A DNA stretch of 64,000 nt from an uncultured Dictyoglomota bacterium (GCA_964654465.1 CAZZIO010000032.1:58908-122907), one strand, 5' to 3'. Numbered from the stretch's first letter, positions 33,695 through 44,989 are shown. Translations and numbers: made by a program. The notes: generated from the sequence alone by a model not told the origin.

Positions 33695-34537
33695 TTATTT
33701 TTCATTACCTTTATGCACTCCTTTATATGGTTGATAGGGAACTGGTATATACTGAACAGAAGGTCTTGTTCCTGGATTTTGAGGATAAAGGTTCATAAGG
33801 GCATATATCTCTTTCGGTAATCCTACCTTAACAGGTAAACCTAATTTTATGGCCTCCTCAACAGTTATAGGATAATCATGAGTCCATGTACCTGTAGCAA
33901 GGATCTCTGCAAGTTCTTTAGCTTTTTCTTCTGACATTTTGTCTTTTAACAGTTCATAAACCGATTCTTTTACTTGTTTAATAGCCTTTTCTGCCACATC
34001 TCCTAATATAAGAGTTTTATCCTCAACCTTATCTGCACCTTTTCTATTTATTGCATTTAATATGGAAGCTGCAGGATATTCACCAAGTTGTGGATCTACT
34101 GGACCAAGAACCGCATTTTCATCCATAATGATCTCGTCTGCTGACAAAGCTATAAATGTACCACCAGACATAGCATAATGGGGAACAAAAACTGTTACTT
34201 TCCCCTTATGATTTTTCAAAGCATGAGCTATTTGTTCTGCTGCAAGTACAAGTCCACCAGGAGTATGTAAAATAAGATCAATAGGCATATCTTCCGGTGT
34301 CAATCTTATTGCTCTTAAAACTTCTTCTGAATCCTCAATATTTATATACCTTGCTATGGGAATACCAAAAAGATTCATTGTTTCTTGTCTGTGAATCAGG
34401 GTTATAACTCTTGATCCTCTTTTTCTCTCTATAAGCTGTATTAACCTAAATCTTTCAGCCTCAATAACCCTTTGTCTTACTATGGGAGACAAACTACTTA
34501 ATATAAAGACTATCCAAAATATATCCCAAAAACCCAT
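33695..34537 (-). CDS. SDH_sah (ClpP/crotonase-class) membrane-anchored serine protease
   Basis: N-terminal TM, DLILHTPGG, YAMSGGT (Ser), GPVDPQ (Asp), WTHDYPI (His). Confidence 0.88.
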   Translation of the reverse strand: MGFWDIFWIVFILSSLSPIVRQRVIEAERFRLIQLIERKRGSRVITLIHRQETMNLFGIPIARYINIEDSEEVLRAIRLTPEDMPIDLILHTPGGLVLAAEQIAHALKNHKGKVTVFVPHYAMSGGTFIALSADEIIMDENAVLGPVDPQLGEYPAASILNAINRKGADKVEDKTLILGDVAEKAIKQVKESVYELLKDKMSEEKAKELAEILATGTWTHDYPITVEEAIKLGLPVKVGLPKEIYALMNLYPQNPGTRPSVQYIPVPYQPYKGVHKGNEK

Positions 34538-34552
34538 AAAATCACCTCCTAT

Positions 34553-35230
34553 TTAAAAATAATAGTAATACCAATATCTTTTTCTAAAATATTTAGAAAT
34601 CATAAACCCAAAAACAAAGCCACCTATATGAGCCCACCATGCTATTCCACCGCTTAAGTCTAAAAATATCAATGAGAAAAAACCAGAAAATAATTGCAAA
34701 ATAAACCATAAACCCAAATAAATAAAGGCAGGAACATAAATAAAATCAATAAAAAAACCCCAAAAAGCTATAGTTAAAATTCTTGCCCCTGGATAGAATC
34801 TGATATAAGCTCCTAAAACTCCCGCTATAGCACCACTTGCTCCAATAGCAGGTATATATGGATTTACACTAAATAGGACTTGGACTAAACCAGCAACAAT
34901 TCCAGAAAAAAGATAAAAAAGTAAATATCTAAAATGTCCCATAGCATCTTCCACATTATCCCCAAATATATAAAGATATATCATGTTACCAATAATATGA
35001 GACCATCCCCCATGAAGAAACATGGATGTAAAAAGAGATAAAATCGCAGAGGATAACAAATTTGGATTATAGAAACGATAAGGCAAAATACCAAACTTAA
35101 AGAAGATATTTTCCCTAATATATGATGGTAATGTAATTTCCCATAAAAAAACGGCTATATTAATAAATATAAGTAAGGTATTAACAAAAGGATATTTTTT
35201 TGAAGGAATATCATCTCTTAGAGGGATCAT
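34553..35230 (-). CDS. Rhomboid-family intramembrane serine protease
   Basis: FLHGG..H..GNM, GASGAIAG, WWAHIGGF. Confidence 0.94.
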   Translation of the reverse strand: MIPLRDDIPSKKYPFVNTLLIFINIAVFLWEITLPSYIRENIFFKFGILPYRFYNPNLLSSAILSLFTSMFLHGGWSHIIGNMIYLYIFGDNVEDAMGHFRYLLFYLFSGIVAGLVQVLFSVNPYIPAIGASGAIAGVLGAYIRFYPGARILTIAFWGFFIDFIYVPAFIYLGLWFILQLFSGFFSLIFLDLSGGIAWWAHIGGFVFGFMISKYFRKRYWYYYYF

Positions 35231-35256
35231 TCTATTAACCTTCTTAATAATATATT

Positions 35257-35634
35257 TTATAGTATAGCTATTGCTTCTATCTCAATTTTTGCACCACGAG
35301 GTAATGCTGATACTTGTATAGTGGATCTTGCTGGAGGTTTTTCTGGAAAATAGTCTTTATAAACTTCATTCATTAGAGAAAACTCAGATAAGTCTATCAT
35401 GAATACTGTAGTTTTCACCACATTTGCTAAACTTGCTCCTACAGCCTCTAAAATACCTTTTATATTCTCTAATACCCTTTTAGTTTGCTCCTTTATATCT
35501 CCATCCACCATATTTCCAGAAGAAGGATCAATAGGAATTTGTCCTGATATAAAGATTAAGTTTCCTACCTTTACAGCTTGAGAGTAGGGACCAATAGCAG
35601 AAGGAGCTTTTGAAGTTGATATAATCTCCTTCAT
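35257..35634 (-). CDS. ridA: RidA-family enamine/imine deaminase
   Basis: [31 protein letters not shown]. Confidence 0.93.
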   Translation of the reverse strand: MKEIISTSKAPSAIGPYSQAVKVGNLIFISGQIPIDPSSGNMVDGDIKEQTKRVLENIKGILEAVGASLANVVKTTVFMIDLSEFSLMNEVYKDYFPEKPPARSTIQVSALPRGAKIEIEAIAIL

Positions 35635-35637
35635 AAA

Positions 35638-36240
35638 TTAACCTCCTTTAATTAAAATTGGAAAAAACTCTTTTAATTTTTTAAATGCTATAGTTCTATG
35701 ACTTATCTCATTCTTTTCCTGTTCTTTCAATTCTCCAAAAGTTTTCCCGAGGGGAGGATAATAAAAAATTGGATCATAACCAAATCCAGAATCTCCCCTT
35801 ATTTCAAAAGCTATATAACCTTCCACAACTCCTCCTGTCACTATTTTTATATCATTTTTATGATCATAGTATACTACTTTACAAATAAACCTTGCTGTCC
35901 TTTTTTCCCAAGGCACATCTCTTAATTTTTCAAGTATAATATTCATTCTTTCCTTATAACTTAAATCCTCTTCAAACCTTGAGGAGTAAACTCCCAATAT
36001 ACCCTTTAACATATTTATCTCTAATCCAGAATCTTCACCTATAGCTGGTAGATTTAATTTTTCAGAAATAAATTTTGCTTTTAGAAAAGCATTTTCTTCG
36101 TAAGTTTTTCCTATTTCTTCCGGTAAAGATATCTCTATAAATTCATCCAAGGTTTTTAAATAATCTTTATATTCTTTTAAAATCTCATAAATTTCTTTTA
36201 TTTTTCCTTTATTTTTGGTAGCTAATACTATATACCTCAT
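35638..36240 (-). CDS. rdgB: RdgB/HAM1 non-canonical purine NTP pyrophosphatase
   Basis: [24 protein letters not shown]; rph-rdgB synteny. Confidence 0.95.
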   Translation of the reverse strand: MRYIVLATKNKGKIKEIYEILKEYKDYLKTLDEFIEISLPEEIGKTYEENAFLKAKFISEKLNLPAIGEDSGLEINMLKGILGVYSSRFEEDLSYKERMNIILEKLRDVPWEKRTARFICKVVYYDHKNDIKIVTGGVVEGYIAFEIRGDSGFGYDPIFYYPPLGKTFGELKEQEKNEISHRTIAFKKLKEFFPILIKGG

Positions 36241-36959
36241 AATAAACCTAATGTCTTTTTTTGGATTTCTATTAGTTTTAGAATACCCTGTTTAGCCAAA
36301 CTTAACATCTGTTCTAATTGTTCATGAGTAAAAGGTACCTTTTCAGCAGTCCCCTGGATCTCAACAAATCTTCCACTCTCTGTCATTACAACGTTGAGAT
36401 CAACCTCTGCCCTCATATCCTCGTTTGATGAAAGATCCAACAAAATCTCACCATCTACAATTCCAACACTTATAGCAGCAACAAACTCCTTTATAGGTAT
36501 CTCCTTTATAAGTCCTTCCCTTCTTAATTTTTCTAATGCATCGTATAAAGCAACAAAAGCTCCAGTAATTGCAGCTGTCCTTGTTCCCCCATCAGCCTGA
36601 ATAACATCAGCATCAATCCAGAGAGTTCTTTCACCTAACTTAGAAAAATCTATAACAGCTCTCAAAGAACGTCCTATCAGTCTTTGTATCTCTTGAGATC
36701 TTCCGTTTATTGCCCCTTTTACTATATCTCTTACTTTTCTTTCTGGTGTAGATCCAGGAAGCATTCCGTATTCTGCAGTAAGCCATCCTTGGTTAGTTCC
36801 TTTCAAAAATGGTGGTACTTTATCCTCCATGGATACAGTACATATTACTCTAGTTTCGCCCATCTCAATAAGAACTGAACCAAGAGGATATTTTAAATAT
36901 CTCCTTGTAATTTTAACTGGCCTAAGATCTGTGTTTGATCTTTTATCAATCCTGATCAT
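36237..36959 (-). CDS. rph: Ribonuclease PH
   Basis: [45 protein letters not shown] at 36959 fits the SD better than GTG at 36965. Confidence 0.97.
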   Translation of the reverse strand: MIRIDKRSNTDLRPVKITRRYLKYPLGSVLIEMGETRVICTVSMEDKVPPFLKGTNQGWLTAEYGMLPGSTPERKVRDIVKGAINGRSQEIQRLIGRSLRAVIDFSKLGERTLWIDADVIQADGGTRTAAITGAFVALYDALEKLRREGLIKEIPIKEFVAAISVGIVDGEILLDLSSNEDMRAEVDLNVVMTESGRFVEIQGTAEKVPFTHEQLEQMLSLAKQGILKLIEIQKKTLGLL

Positions 36960-36961
36960 TG

Positions 36962-37882
36962 TCACCTTCCTCTTTCTTTAAGTTTATTAACCATTTTATC
37001 ATACTCCTCTTTATTCACAAAACCTACAAGCAAGTATTCTTGTCCTTCTGAAAAAATAAGTTCTGGATATAAATAAAATTCCTTTATCTCTTTAGTATTC
37101 TTAACATGAAGTCTTGGCCCTGTACAATGTATTACTTTGTCTCCTATTTTAATATGTTGTTTATCCCAATAAGAAACTTCTAAACTCATATCAATATATT
37201 CTTTAACTTTTTCTTCTATTCCTTTGATATCTATATTAGGTTTTTCTTTTAACTTAATAACAAATCCATGTTTGATATCACTATGCCCTTCAATATATCG
37301 ATATAAGCCATATTCTTCTAACACCATACCTGTTAAGTCCTCAGCAGTATGAGCTTGTAATCTATATGTCAAAGAAGGAAATACTATATTTACTATTTCC
37401 TGAGGTAAAGGACCAAATACATTAGGTCTCGTTACTATAACTTCCTCTCCAATCCCTATCAAAAGATCTGCGTTTCTTTTTAAATAAGGATAAATAAGTT
37501 CAAAATGCTCACAAACAACTTTTTTTTCATTTTCCAAGGCTTTTAGAATAGATTCTGCCAATATATATATGGGATAGAAAGCTAATTCAAACCTAACATC
37601 CACATGATAAATAAAATCATAAAACATACTTCTTTGAAAATCTTCTATTATAGGCGCTGGACGTCTATATATACCTTCATCATCATTAGTTAAACTTAAC
37701 CCTGGAAACAATCCTCTTATAAGTAAGGATTTTCCTGAACCAGAATCTCCAATTACTCCAATAAGTTTATCATCAGAAAGTAAAAAATTCTGAGAAATTA
37801 CAGATCCAAGAAGCATAAGTCTTGCTTCTCCACGAGGGGCATAATAAATAGCTTCCTTTAGAAGCACTTTTGTATGAATCAT
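36962..37882 (-). CDS. P-loop NTPase fused to a divergent AlaX/tRNA_SAD-like metal-binding editing domain; function unknown
   Basis: Walker A GDSGSGKS (aa 45-52); C-terminal R..AHTAEDL and [14 protein letters not shown] resemble AlaRS/ThrRS editing motifs HxxxH and CxxxH..NT.EI. Confidence 0.75.
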   Translation of the reverse strand: MIHTKVLLKEAIYYAPRGEARLMLLGSVISQNFLLSDDKLIGVIGDSGSGKSLLIRGLFPGLSLTNDDEGIYRRPAPIIEDFQRSMFYDFIYHVDVRFELAFYPIYILAESILKALENEKKVVCEHFELIYPYLKRNADLLIGIGEEVIVTRPNVFGPLPQEIVNIVFPSLTYRLQAHTAEDLTGMVLEEYGLYRYIEGHSDIKHGFVIKLKEKPNIDIKGIEEKVKEYIDMSLEVSYWDKQHIKIGDKVIHCTGPRLHVKNTKEIKEFYLYPELIFSEGQEYLLVGFVNKEEYDKMVNKLKERGR

Positions 37883-37888
37883 TTTTTA

Positions 37889-38416
37889 TTATTTCCAAAA
37901 AGAATTACCCTCAGAATCTATGGCAACCATAGCAGGAAAATCTTCTACCTCAAGATAATAGATAGCTTCTGGTCCTAATTCATGAAAAGCAAAAACTTCC
38001 ATTTTCTTTATCTTATCTCCCAAATAGGCTCCTGCACCCCCTACTGTTACAAGATAAACTCCCTTATACTTTTTAAAATACATTTCTGTTTCTTTATCTC
38101 TTTTCCCTTTTCCTATAAAACCGACTATTCCTTGAGAAAGTAGCCATGGCACAAAAGGATCCATTCTTTTACTTGTTGTAGGGCCAGCTGATCCTGAAGC
38201 TTTTCCAGGAGGTGCGGGTGATGGCCCCATATGATAAATAAGACTATTTTTTAGTTCTAAAGGTATATCTTTCCTTTCTTTTATTAGATCAACAAGAAGT
38301 TTACATGCTTGGTCTCGAGCAGAATATATAGGACCATCTAATAATAACCATTCACCTACTTTTAAAGATTTAAGTTCATTTATCTCATTTGGAAGATTAA
38401 TCTTTTTAAATTTCAT
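37889..38416 (-). CDS. Class I fumarase/Fe-S hydro-lyase beta subunit (probable mesaconase)
   Basis: ARDQA, AGPTTSKRMD, IGKG, GGAGA, LGPEAIY.LEVEDFP. Confidence 0.92.
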   Translation of the reverse strand: MKFKKINLPNEINELKSLKVGEWLLLDGPIYSARDQACKLLVDLIKERKDIPLELKNSLIYHMGPSPAPPGKASGSAGPTTSKRMDPFVPWLLSQGIVGFIGKGKRDKETEMYFKKYKGVYLVTVGGAGAYLGDKIKKMEVFAFHELGPEAIYYLEVEDFPAMVAIDSEGNSFWK

Positions 38417-39255
38417 ATTTCAAACCACCCATGTCTTATAGCAGAACATTGCATATTTATGGCCAAAGTAAAACCAGCAATGTGAACAGGAAATACCTCA
38501 ATATGTACTCCTAATGCAGTAGTCTTACCCCCTAAACCTCCTGGACCTATATTTAACTCATTAATCTCCTTTAACAATTTTTCCTCCATTTTGGCCCAAT
38601 ACGGATCATTATTCTTTTCTTTCAGAGGTCTTAAAGTAGCTTTTTTGGACAATAAAGCAGCCTTTTCTAAAGTTCCTCCTATACCTATTCCAACAAGTAA
38701 TGGAGGACATGCATTTGGACCATGGTTTTTTACATGATTGACTATCTCACTAATAAGCTCATCCTCAGTTATTGTTGGTATAAGGCTTTTAACAATGCTG
38801 GCATTTTCACTCCCAAAACCTTTTATCAATATATAAAACCTTAATTTATCCCCAGTTTTTATTTCGTAATGCACTATTGCAGGTGTATTATCTTGTGTAT
38901 TTATCCTTTTAAGAGGGTCTTTAACTACAGAAGGCCTAAGATAATTTTTTTTATAAACCTCTGATACAGCCCTATTTATGAGATCGTTAAGATTTCCTTT
39001 TATACATACCTTATCTCCTATTTCTACAAAGGCAATCACCATCCCACAATCCTGACATATAGGAATTCTTTTTTCTTTTGCTATCTTTGCATTCTTAATA
39101 AGTATATCAAGAACAATTCTTGCATTCTCATTATTTTCAATATTATATGCCTCTAAAAGTGCATCTTCCACATCCTTAGGTAATTCAAAGTTAGCTTTTG
39201 TTATGACATGGACTAATTTATTATAAATTATGTCTCCCTCTATAACTCTAAACAT
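38413..39255 (-). CDS. Class I fumarase/Fe-S hydro-lyase alpha subunit (probable mesaconase)
   Basis: PICQDCG, KGFGSEN, ACPP, GPGGLGG.TT, C-terminal QCSA.RH. Confidence 0.92.
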   Translation of the reverse strand: MFRVIEGDIIYNKLVHVITKANFELPKDVEDALLEAYNIENNENARIVLDILIKNAKIAKEKRIPICQDCGMVIAFVEIGDKVCIKGNLNDLINRAVSEVYKKNYLRPSVVKDPLKRINTQDNTPAIVHYEIKTGDKLRFYILIKGFGSENASIVKSLIPTITEDELISEIVNHVKNHGPNACPPLLVGIGIGGTLEKAALLSKKATLRPLKEKNNDPYWAKMEEKLLKEINELNIGPGGLGGKTTALGVHIEVFPVHIAGFTLAINMQCSAIRHGWFEI

Positions 39256-39562
39256 CTATTTTCACCTCAAGTAAAGGAGCATGTTGCTGAGCCCCATAAA
39301 CATCTGAATCTCCGGGACTTCCTGATGGAACTTTTCTTTTAATATTTGCTTTAACTGCACATACAGGATCAAAGTAAATAACCGAAATTACATCTGATCC
39401 TTTGAGCCCATACAAGTTTGCCCAAAAATTTTTTGAAAAATAGTCCATATTTTTAAGTTTTTCATATACTTCCTTTTCCTTAAAGATTATATCGATAGTT
39501 AAAATAAAAGGACCACTATTTTTTGTTCTTATAACTTTTGCTAATTCCACCATACTCCTCAT
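39248..39562 (-). CDS. DUF4387-like small protein
   Basis: LAKVIRTKNSGPF.LT.DI and GDSDVYGAQQHAPLL; immediately follows the AtuA-like gene. Confidence 0.8.
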   Translation of the reverse strand: MRSMVELAKVIRTKNSGPFILTIDIIFKEKEVYEKLKNMDYFSKNFWANLYGLKGSDVISVIYFDPVCAVKANIKRKVPSGSPGDSDVYGAQQHAPLLEVKIDV

Positions 39563-39567
39563 AATAA

Positions 39568-40908
39568 CTATACCTCTACCACTTTAATAGGAAATTCATA
39601 TTCGTCAAGTTTTATAAGATGATATAATTTAAACTCAAAAACTTCCCCCCATATAACCTCAGAAGGAGAGAAAGGAAAGGCAAGATTACCTGCTGTTGCT
39701 ATTCTTCCTTTATAACCATAATGAAGCAACGTAGATCTTATATATCCTAATATCATCTTTGTTATATTAATATCCTTACTTATGACCTCTATAACAAGAC
39801 CTAATTCATGAGATACACCATTAAATCTTTCCCATTCACCCATTACTCCATTCTTTCCATATACATGAAAATAAATTTGGTAATCATCCGTCATATCTCT
39901 AAAGTTTTCTCTTACTAATTCTCTCTGAATCTCCAATATTTCATCTATTTGTGAAATCATGATAGGATCCCTAATACCTGCTATACATACACCTCTTATT
40001 CCAACAAACTTTGTCCCTTCTACTTTTAACCACTTTTCTTTTCCTTCTATAAATCTTGAACCCTTTACAATAACTGTTTTCTCATCCTTTTGAGTAAAAG
40101 TGGTAGTTGTCAAATCAATAATTCCATCTGGTCCATGTAAGAAATAAGGATCACTTTTTTCATATAATGTATGAGCAGCAACAGATGTAACTGTACACTT
40201 TCTATTCTCATTTATGGGAAATACTTCAAAATGATCATCAAAGAGAACACCTATAAGTCCATCTCTTCCACTTCCTGGTTCTGCTGCAATAGCCCCACAT
40301 TCTAATATTTTACCTAAATGAAGAGATAATCCCTTAGAATAACCATAATGTATAGGTAAAGCAGAAAAAGGTGCAGGGTCATAACTTCGTCCACAAATTA
40401 TTATATTCACACTTTTTTTATAACCTTCTATAAAAGGATCAATACCAACTTGTGCTACAATATTCGTAATACTTTCCAAATCCTCTACCCCAACTTCTGA
40501 GGAACCATCCAAGGTTTTAATATTTCCGTTAGTTATGGATTCCTTTATTTTATCCTTAGGAATATCCGTATATATTATAGCTATTTTCATGTGCCAATTA
40601 TTTTCTTCCAGTATCTCCTTTACTATTTCAAAGGTCCAATCTACAGATGATTTACTGCCACATCCCCCAGCACTTCCTATAAATAATGGAATATCCAATT
40701 TATGAACCATATTAATTAGGTATTTTAAATCTCTTTTTGTAGCACCACGATCTACAAATGAGATACCCCTTCCAAGATAATATGGGCCAGGATCAGTAGA
40801 CCCAGCATCAACAGCAACTAAATCTGGCTTTATTTCTAAAGCATTATAATAACTTTGTTCTGGAAAACCATATCCAAGAATTGCTGTGGGTGAATAGATT
40901 TTAAACAC
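39568..40908 (-). CDS. AtuA-like (DUF1446) protein
   Basis: SPTAILGYGFP, DAGSTDPGPYYLG, GRSYDPA, KILECG, AAHTLYEK, AGNLAFPFSP. Confidence 0.8.
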   Translation of the reverse strand: MFKIYSPTAILGYGFPEQSYYNALEIKPDLVAVDAGSTDPGPYYLGRGISFVDRGATKRDLKYLINMVHKLDIPLFIGSAGGCGSKSSVDWTFEIVKEILEENNWHMKIAIIYTDIPKDKIKESITNGNIKTLDGSSEVGVEDLESITNIVAQVGIDPFIEGYKKSVNIIICGRSYDPAPFSALPIHYGYSKGLSLHLGKILECGAIAAEPGSGRDGLIGVLFDDHFEVFPINENRKCTVTSVAAHTLYEKSDPYFLHGPDGIIDLTTTTFTQKDEKTVIVKGSRFIEGKEKWLKVEGTKFVGIRGVCIAGIRDPIMISQIDEILEIQRELVRENFRDMTDDYQIYFHVYGKNGVMGEWERFNGVSHELGLVIEVISKDINITKMILGYIRSTLLHYGYKGRIATAGNLAFPFSPSEVIWGEVFEFKLYHLIKLDEYEFPIKVVEV

Positions 40909-42151
40909 TTTTTACTAAGCCCTTCCTTCTTAGAATTTGAAGTGTTCTATTCATTTCATTATTTACTATCATTAAACCCTCATCTACTCCCATGCCAGGT
41001 TTTGCTAATATCTGATCTGCTTGAACTGCAAGACCTATATGCACAGAAACTTGAGCAGACCTATCTGTCTCATTACAACTTCCTCCTATATAAGTACCAA
41101 TGTTATGTCCTTTACAATATAAAGCTGCCTCAATAGAATTATGAATACTACCTAAAACAGGAGTTTTTATTTGTATCATATCAACCGCCTCTGCTTTTAT
41201 GAAATCTCTAATATCTTCAAGACTATTACACCATTCATCAGCAACTATTTCTACTCCCAAACCTCTTCCTTTTAGCTCTTTTCTCAATTTGCTTAAAAAC
41301 TCAATTTGTTTCTCCCTATTTTCTAAATCAACAGGACCTTCTATTCTGAGTTTATGTGGAAATGAAATTTTTTCAAGCCTCGCTAAATATTCTACTATTT
41401 CATCAATATTATAATTAAATGCTATACCTATAGTTCCATATACATCTATGTGAAAAATTGGTAAATATCCTTCCTCTCCTAATATTCTTACCCTTTCTTT
41501 GAGCCAGCCTAAATATTCTATTAGTTTTTCTCCTCTCCACCCTAATTTTGTCTCTACATTATTTATTAAACCATGTGGAAGAACATCTACTCTCTTCAGT
41601 ATCATTTTGTCCACACTAATATAACGATCGTCTCCTGATTGAGCAAAAATTGGAATTCTCTTTATATCAAAATTTAAATTATACTCCTCTCTTATTATCT
41701 CAGTCATAGTCTTCCTATAATGTTTTGAAAACACATCAAGAATTGCTTGAGAAATTCCGTACCTTACTGCGGTATGTAACTTATGATCATTTATTTTGAA
41801 ATTGTCAATCTTAACACATAAATCCTTAAAACTTTTCCATTCATCCTTTAACAGAAAAGGAAAAACATGTTGTTCCAAAATTTGTAACCATTCACTAGTT
41901 TTAAAGAGAGGATCTCTTCCTCCTGCACCAGAATATTGAATAGCAGTACAATCCCCATAAGCTATCTGATCATCCTCCAAAATGAAGATAATAGATATAC
42001 TTTCTCCTTTCTGCCTTATAGCCTCATAACCTTCAGTTAATGGTACTCCTCTATAGGCGAAACCATCTTCACGAGCCCCTGCCTTAATAGCTCTTTGGTC
42101 ATCAAAATAGAAACCAGAAAGTCCTATCGAATATAGTACATCTTTAATCAT
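40901..42151 (-). CDS. mal: Methylaspartate ammonia-lyase
   Basis: DDQRAIK, QYSGAGGRDPLF, LPHGLIN, HIDVYG, ADEWCN, QIKTP, GGSCNET. Confidence 0.96.
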   Translation of the reverse strand: MIKDVLYSIGLSGFYFDDQRAIKAGAREDGFAYRGVPLTEGYEAIRQKGESISIIFILEDDQIAYGDCTAIQYSGAGGRDPLFKTSEWLQILEQHVFPFLLKDEWKSFKDLCVKIDNFKINDHKLHTAVRYGISQAILDVFSKHYRKTMTEIIREEYNLNFDIKRIPIFAQSGDDRYISVDKMILKRVDVLPHGLINNVETKLGWRGEKLIEYLGWLKERVRILGEEGYLPIFHIDVYGTIGIAFNYNIDEIVEYLARLEKISFPHKLRIEGPVDLENREKQIEFLSKLRKELKGRGLGVEIVADEWCNSLEDIRDFIKAEAVDMIQIKTPVLGSIHNSIEAALYCKGHNIGTYIGGSCNETDRSAQVSVHIGLAVQADQILAKPGMGVDEGLMIVNNEMNRTLQILRRKGLVKSV

Positions 42152-42155
42152 TTAT

Positions 42156-43607
42156 TTACCTCGGTCTTCCTATTAATCTTCCCTTACTGATTGCATAGAT
42201 ATCATCAAGTACCATTTGAAAACTTACATCTCTTTTCTCAAAACGAGCTCTCTCTTCCAATCTTTCCTTATGAAAAGTTTTTACCTCTTCGTCAAAAGGT
42301 AGATTTCCAAAATCAAAAAATCTAACAGCACCTTCATTATCCCGTACTGGCATTACTCTTCCATAAGTATATTTACTTGGTGCAAAAGGTACATCCAAAA
42401 TTCCTGAAGAGAAAGCCTTAACAGCTCCCACAGCTATATCCCCTTTCCCTATTTCATAAACCCTATTGAGGATAGATCTTACTTCTCTTTCAATAATATA
42501 TTCCTCTTGGCTTAACTTCTCTTCATCTATAAAATTTTGGTTTTCTAACATATTTAAAACCTGACGAGTATTCTTAAGGGCTGAAGCATTTGCTTCTTTT
42601 GTGGGAATACCAATAGCTTCCTGGGGTGTTTTTACAATTATCTTTGTTACCTTCGATATAGCCCCAGCTATAGTCCCGAAACTTATAACTGCGTAAGCTT
42701 TAGCTTCATCTTCTGGAAAACCTCCCATCCAGTGATGTAGAACAGTAGTTATATGAACATCATAATAACCAAAACTCGCAAGATATTCCCTTGTTAGTTT
42801 CTCTAAAATTTTTATTGAAGCTACATCTTGAATAATATTACCACATTGTCCATATCCTACACTAAAACTTTTCACTCCTTGTTCTGCTGCAAGAATGGCT
42901 TCTATTATTCCAATACTTATTGAGATAGACGGTGGAACTAAAGTACCAGTGAGAGGGCCAAAAGATTCTCTATTTATTAATATTCCTTCTTGTGCATATA
43001 TTCCTACTAGATAATCTATATATTGCCAATATAAAATTGAATTTTCCAATGGAACATCCTTAGCATAAGGAATATTGTAAGTAATTCCTCCCCCTTCAAA
43101 AGATGTAAAACCTGCAGCCAAAGTAATCTCAGCAAGAAGTCTTGCATCTGGAGTACCATGTCTTACTTCAACAGGCACTTTTACACTTTCTATGATTTCT
43201 CTACAAGCTTTTACTCCATAATTAACAGCTGGAAAACCATTAAGAAGATATCTTCCTTCTTTTAAACTTTCTTCTATTCCCAATTGTGCTTCTTTATATC
43301 TATTCTGTCGAGTATAACTATCAATAGTTGTAGGTAAGATATCTGCTCCTCCCTCATCTTGTAAATATTGAAGAAGAACAATATGATCTTTTAAAATTGG
43401 AATACCTGCTCTTGGTTGTAATAAGGTTTTATTATTCTGAGATGCTTCTCTCAATACATAATCGGTCTGCTTTTCTTTAGGTAAAGATGTTAAATATAAA
43501 AAGGCTTCTTTTAAATCAACTTCTCTACCTGTAGGCCATGAATTCAAGACATCTTCTCTCATATTAAGAAAATATTTATGATCCCATTTCTTATTTTTTA
43601 TAAACAT
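42156..43607 (-). CDS. glmE: Glutamate (methylaspartate) mutase epsilon subunit
   Basis: [58 protein letters not shown]. Confidence 0.96.
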   Translation of the reverse strand: MFIKNKKWDHKYFLNMREDVLNSWPTGREVDLKEAFLYLTSLPKEKQTDYVLREASQNNKTLLQPRAGIPILKDHIVLLQYLQDEGGADILPTTIDSYTRQNRYKEAQLGIEESLKEGRYLLNGFPAVNYGVKACREIIESVKVPVEVRHGTPDARLLAEITLAAGFTSFEGGGITYNIPYAKDVPLENSILYWQYIDYLVGIYAQEGILINRESFGPLTGTLVPPSISISIGIIEAILAAEQGVKSFSVGYGQCGNIIQDVASIKILEKLTREYLASFGYYDVHITTVLHHWMGGFPEDEAKAYAVISFGTIAGAISKVTKIIVKTPQEAIGIPTKEANASALKNTRQVLNMLENQNFIDEEKLSQEEYIIEREVRSILNRVYEIGKGDIAVGAVKAFSSGILDVPFAPSKYTYGRVMPVRDNEGAVRFFDFGNLPFDEEVKTFHKERLEERARFEKRDVSFQMVLDDIYAISKGRLIGRPR

Positions 43608-43619
43608 AATCTCATCCCT

Positions 43620-44987
43620 CTATACTTTGTTTATATATTTTTCTACAAGACTCATAGATTTATCCTTATAGATCTCCGAGATTACTCCTATAGCAAACAT
43701 TATATATTCCTTATCTACATAAAAGGTAGGATTTTTAGGCTTCAATATAAAAGGTTCATCATTAGAATATATTACACCCTTTAAACTTTCCACTCTATAA
43801 GGATTATATATTAAAGGCCCACCTGTACATACCACTTTATCCAATTCCCTTAAATCTTTCCCATATTGGAAAAGCAATGTTCCCATAGGGGTATACACCA
43901 TTTCTATATGCCCTACATGTCTCTCTGTAGCAATCTTTACAGCAAAATAAGCAAGAATAGCGTCTAAATGTAAATCTTCATCATTTTTTGGAATATAACT
44001 CGTATTTATGTTTAAAAATTTTACTTTTTCCTCTATAACTTTAACCTTATCATGTGAAAAACTTTTTATAATATCTTTTTTTGCAGACTCAAATAAAGAT
44101 AGTGCAGATACTCTAACCCCCAAATCTCCTTCCACAGATCTTTTTACATATGGCTCTTTTAATCCCTTTAAGATTACATTATTCTGGGTAGGTTCTCCCT
44201 TTGCTACAGAACAAACATCGGTAGTTGCTCCTCCCACATCAATTAATAAACATTCACCATATATCTCTGAGAAACTTTCCAAACCCTTTAATACAGCAAG
44301 TGGTGTAGGCATTACTATACCGTCTATTATTTCTTGCACTTTATCTAATCCCTTTGCATGTATAATGTTTCTTAAAAAGACCTCTCTGATAATATTTTGG
44401 ACCTTTTCTATATTTATAACTCCATATTCAGGCATTACATTCTCTGTTATGTATATTTCTTTACTATTAGATAAAAAAATATTTTTTATTTCATCTTGTA
44501 AATCTTTATTTCCAGCATAGATAAAAGGAATATTTAAGGGAAGCCTTGATAATTTTTTAGCATTTATTATTGGATAGTATCTATTTCCCCCATCTGTTCC
44601 CCCAGCCAAAATTATAATATCTGGCTTTAAATAAAGAATCTCGTCCAAATCCGAACTTGTAAGTTCATAGGAATAGATCTTAATTACCTTTCCCCCTGCT
44701 CCTAAACTTGCTTTCTTAGCTGCCTCAGTAGTTAAATCTGGAACTAAACCTATAGCAATTATTTTTAAACCTCCAGCAGCACTGCTTGTAGCTTTTTTAA
44801 TATTAAAATCCCTTATATTTAGTCCAGTTTGTCTTTCTATTTCAGAAATTACATTTTGAAGACCTATCGTTACATCTTCATTTACAGTAGATGGATATTT
44901 TGCTCTCCCTATAATTTCACTTTTATCTAAATCAAAAGCTACACCTTTAGTAAATGTACTTCCTATATCAAATATGATTGCCTTCAT
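43620..44987 (-). CDS. glmL: Glutamate mutase reactivating factor GlmL (MutL of the glm cluster)
   Basis: DIGSTFTK, SSAAGGL, LAGGTDGG, MPTP, DVGGATTDV, VEGDLG actin-like ATPase motifs. Confidence 0.93.
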   Translation of the reverse strand: MKAIIFDIGSTFTKGVAFDLDKSEIIGRAKYPSTVNEDVTIGLQNVISEIERQTGLNIRDFNIKKATSSAAGGLKIIAIGLVPDLTTEAAKKASLGAGGKVIKIYSYELTSSDLDEILYLKPDIIILAGGTDGGNRYYPIINAKKLSRLPLNIPFIYAGNKDLQDEIKNIFLSNSKEIYITENVMPEYGVINIEKVQNIIREVFLRNIIHAKGLDKVQEIIDGIVMPTPLAVLKGLESFSEIYGECLLIDVGGATTDVCSVAKGEPTQNNVILKGLKEPYVKRSVEGDLGVRVSALSLFESAKKDIIKSFSHDKVKVIEEKVKFLNINTSYIPKNDEDLHLDAILAYFAVKIATERHVGHIEMVYTPMGTLLFQYGKDLRELDKVVCTGGPLIYNPYRVESLKGVIYSNDEPFILKPKNPTFYVDKEYIMFAIGVISEIYKDKSMSLVEKYINKV

Positions 44988-44989
44988 AA

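Noticed and set aside
43620-44987. Mismatch-repair MutL paired with MutS2
   Set aside because: This is the unrelated glutamate mutase reactivase GlmL (actin-like ATPase motifs), and MutS2 is not a mismatch-repair MutS.
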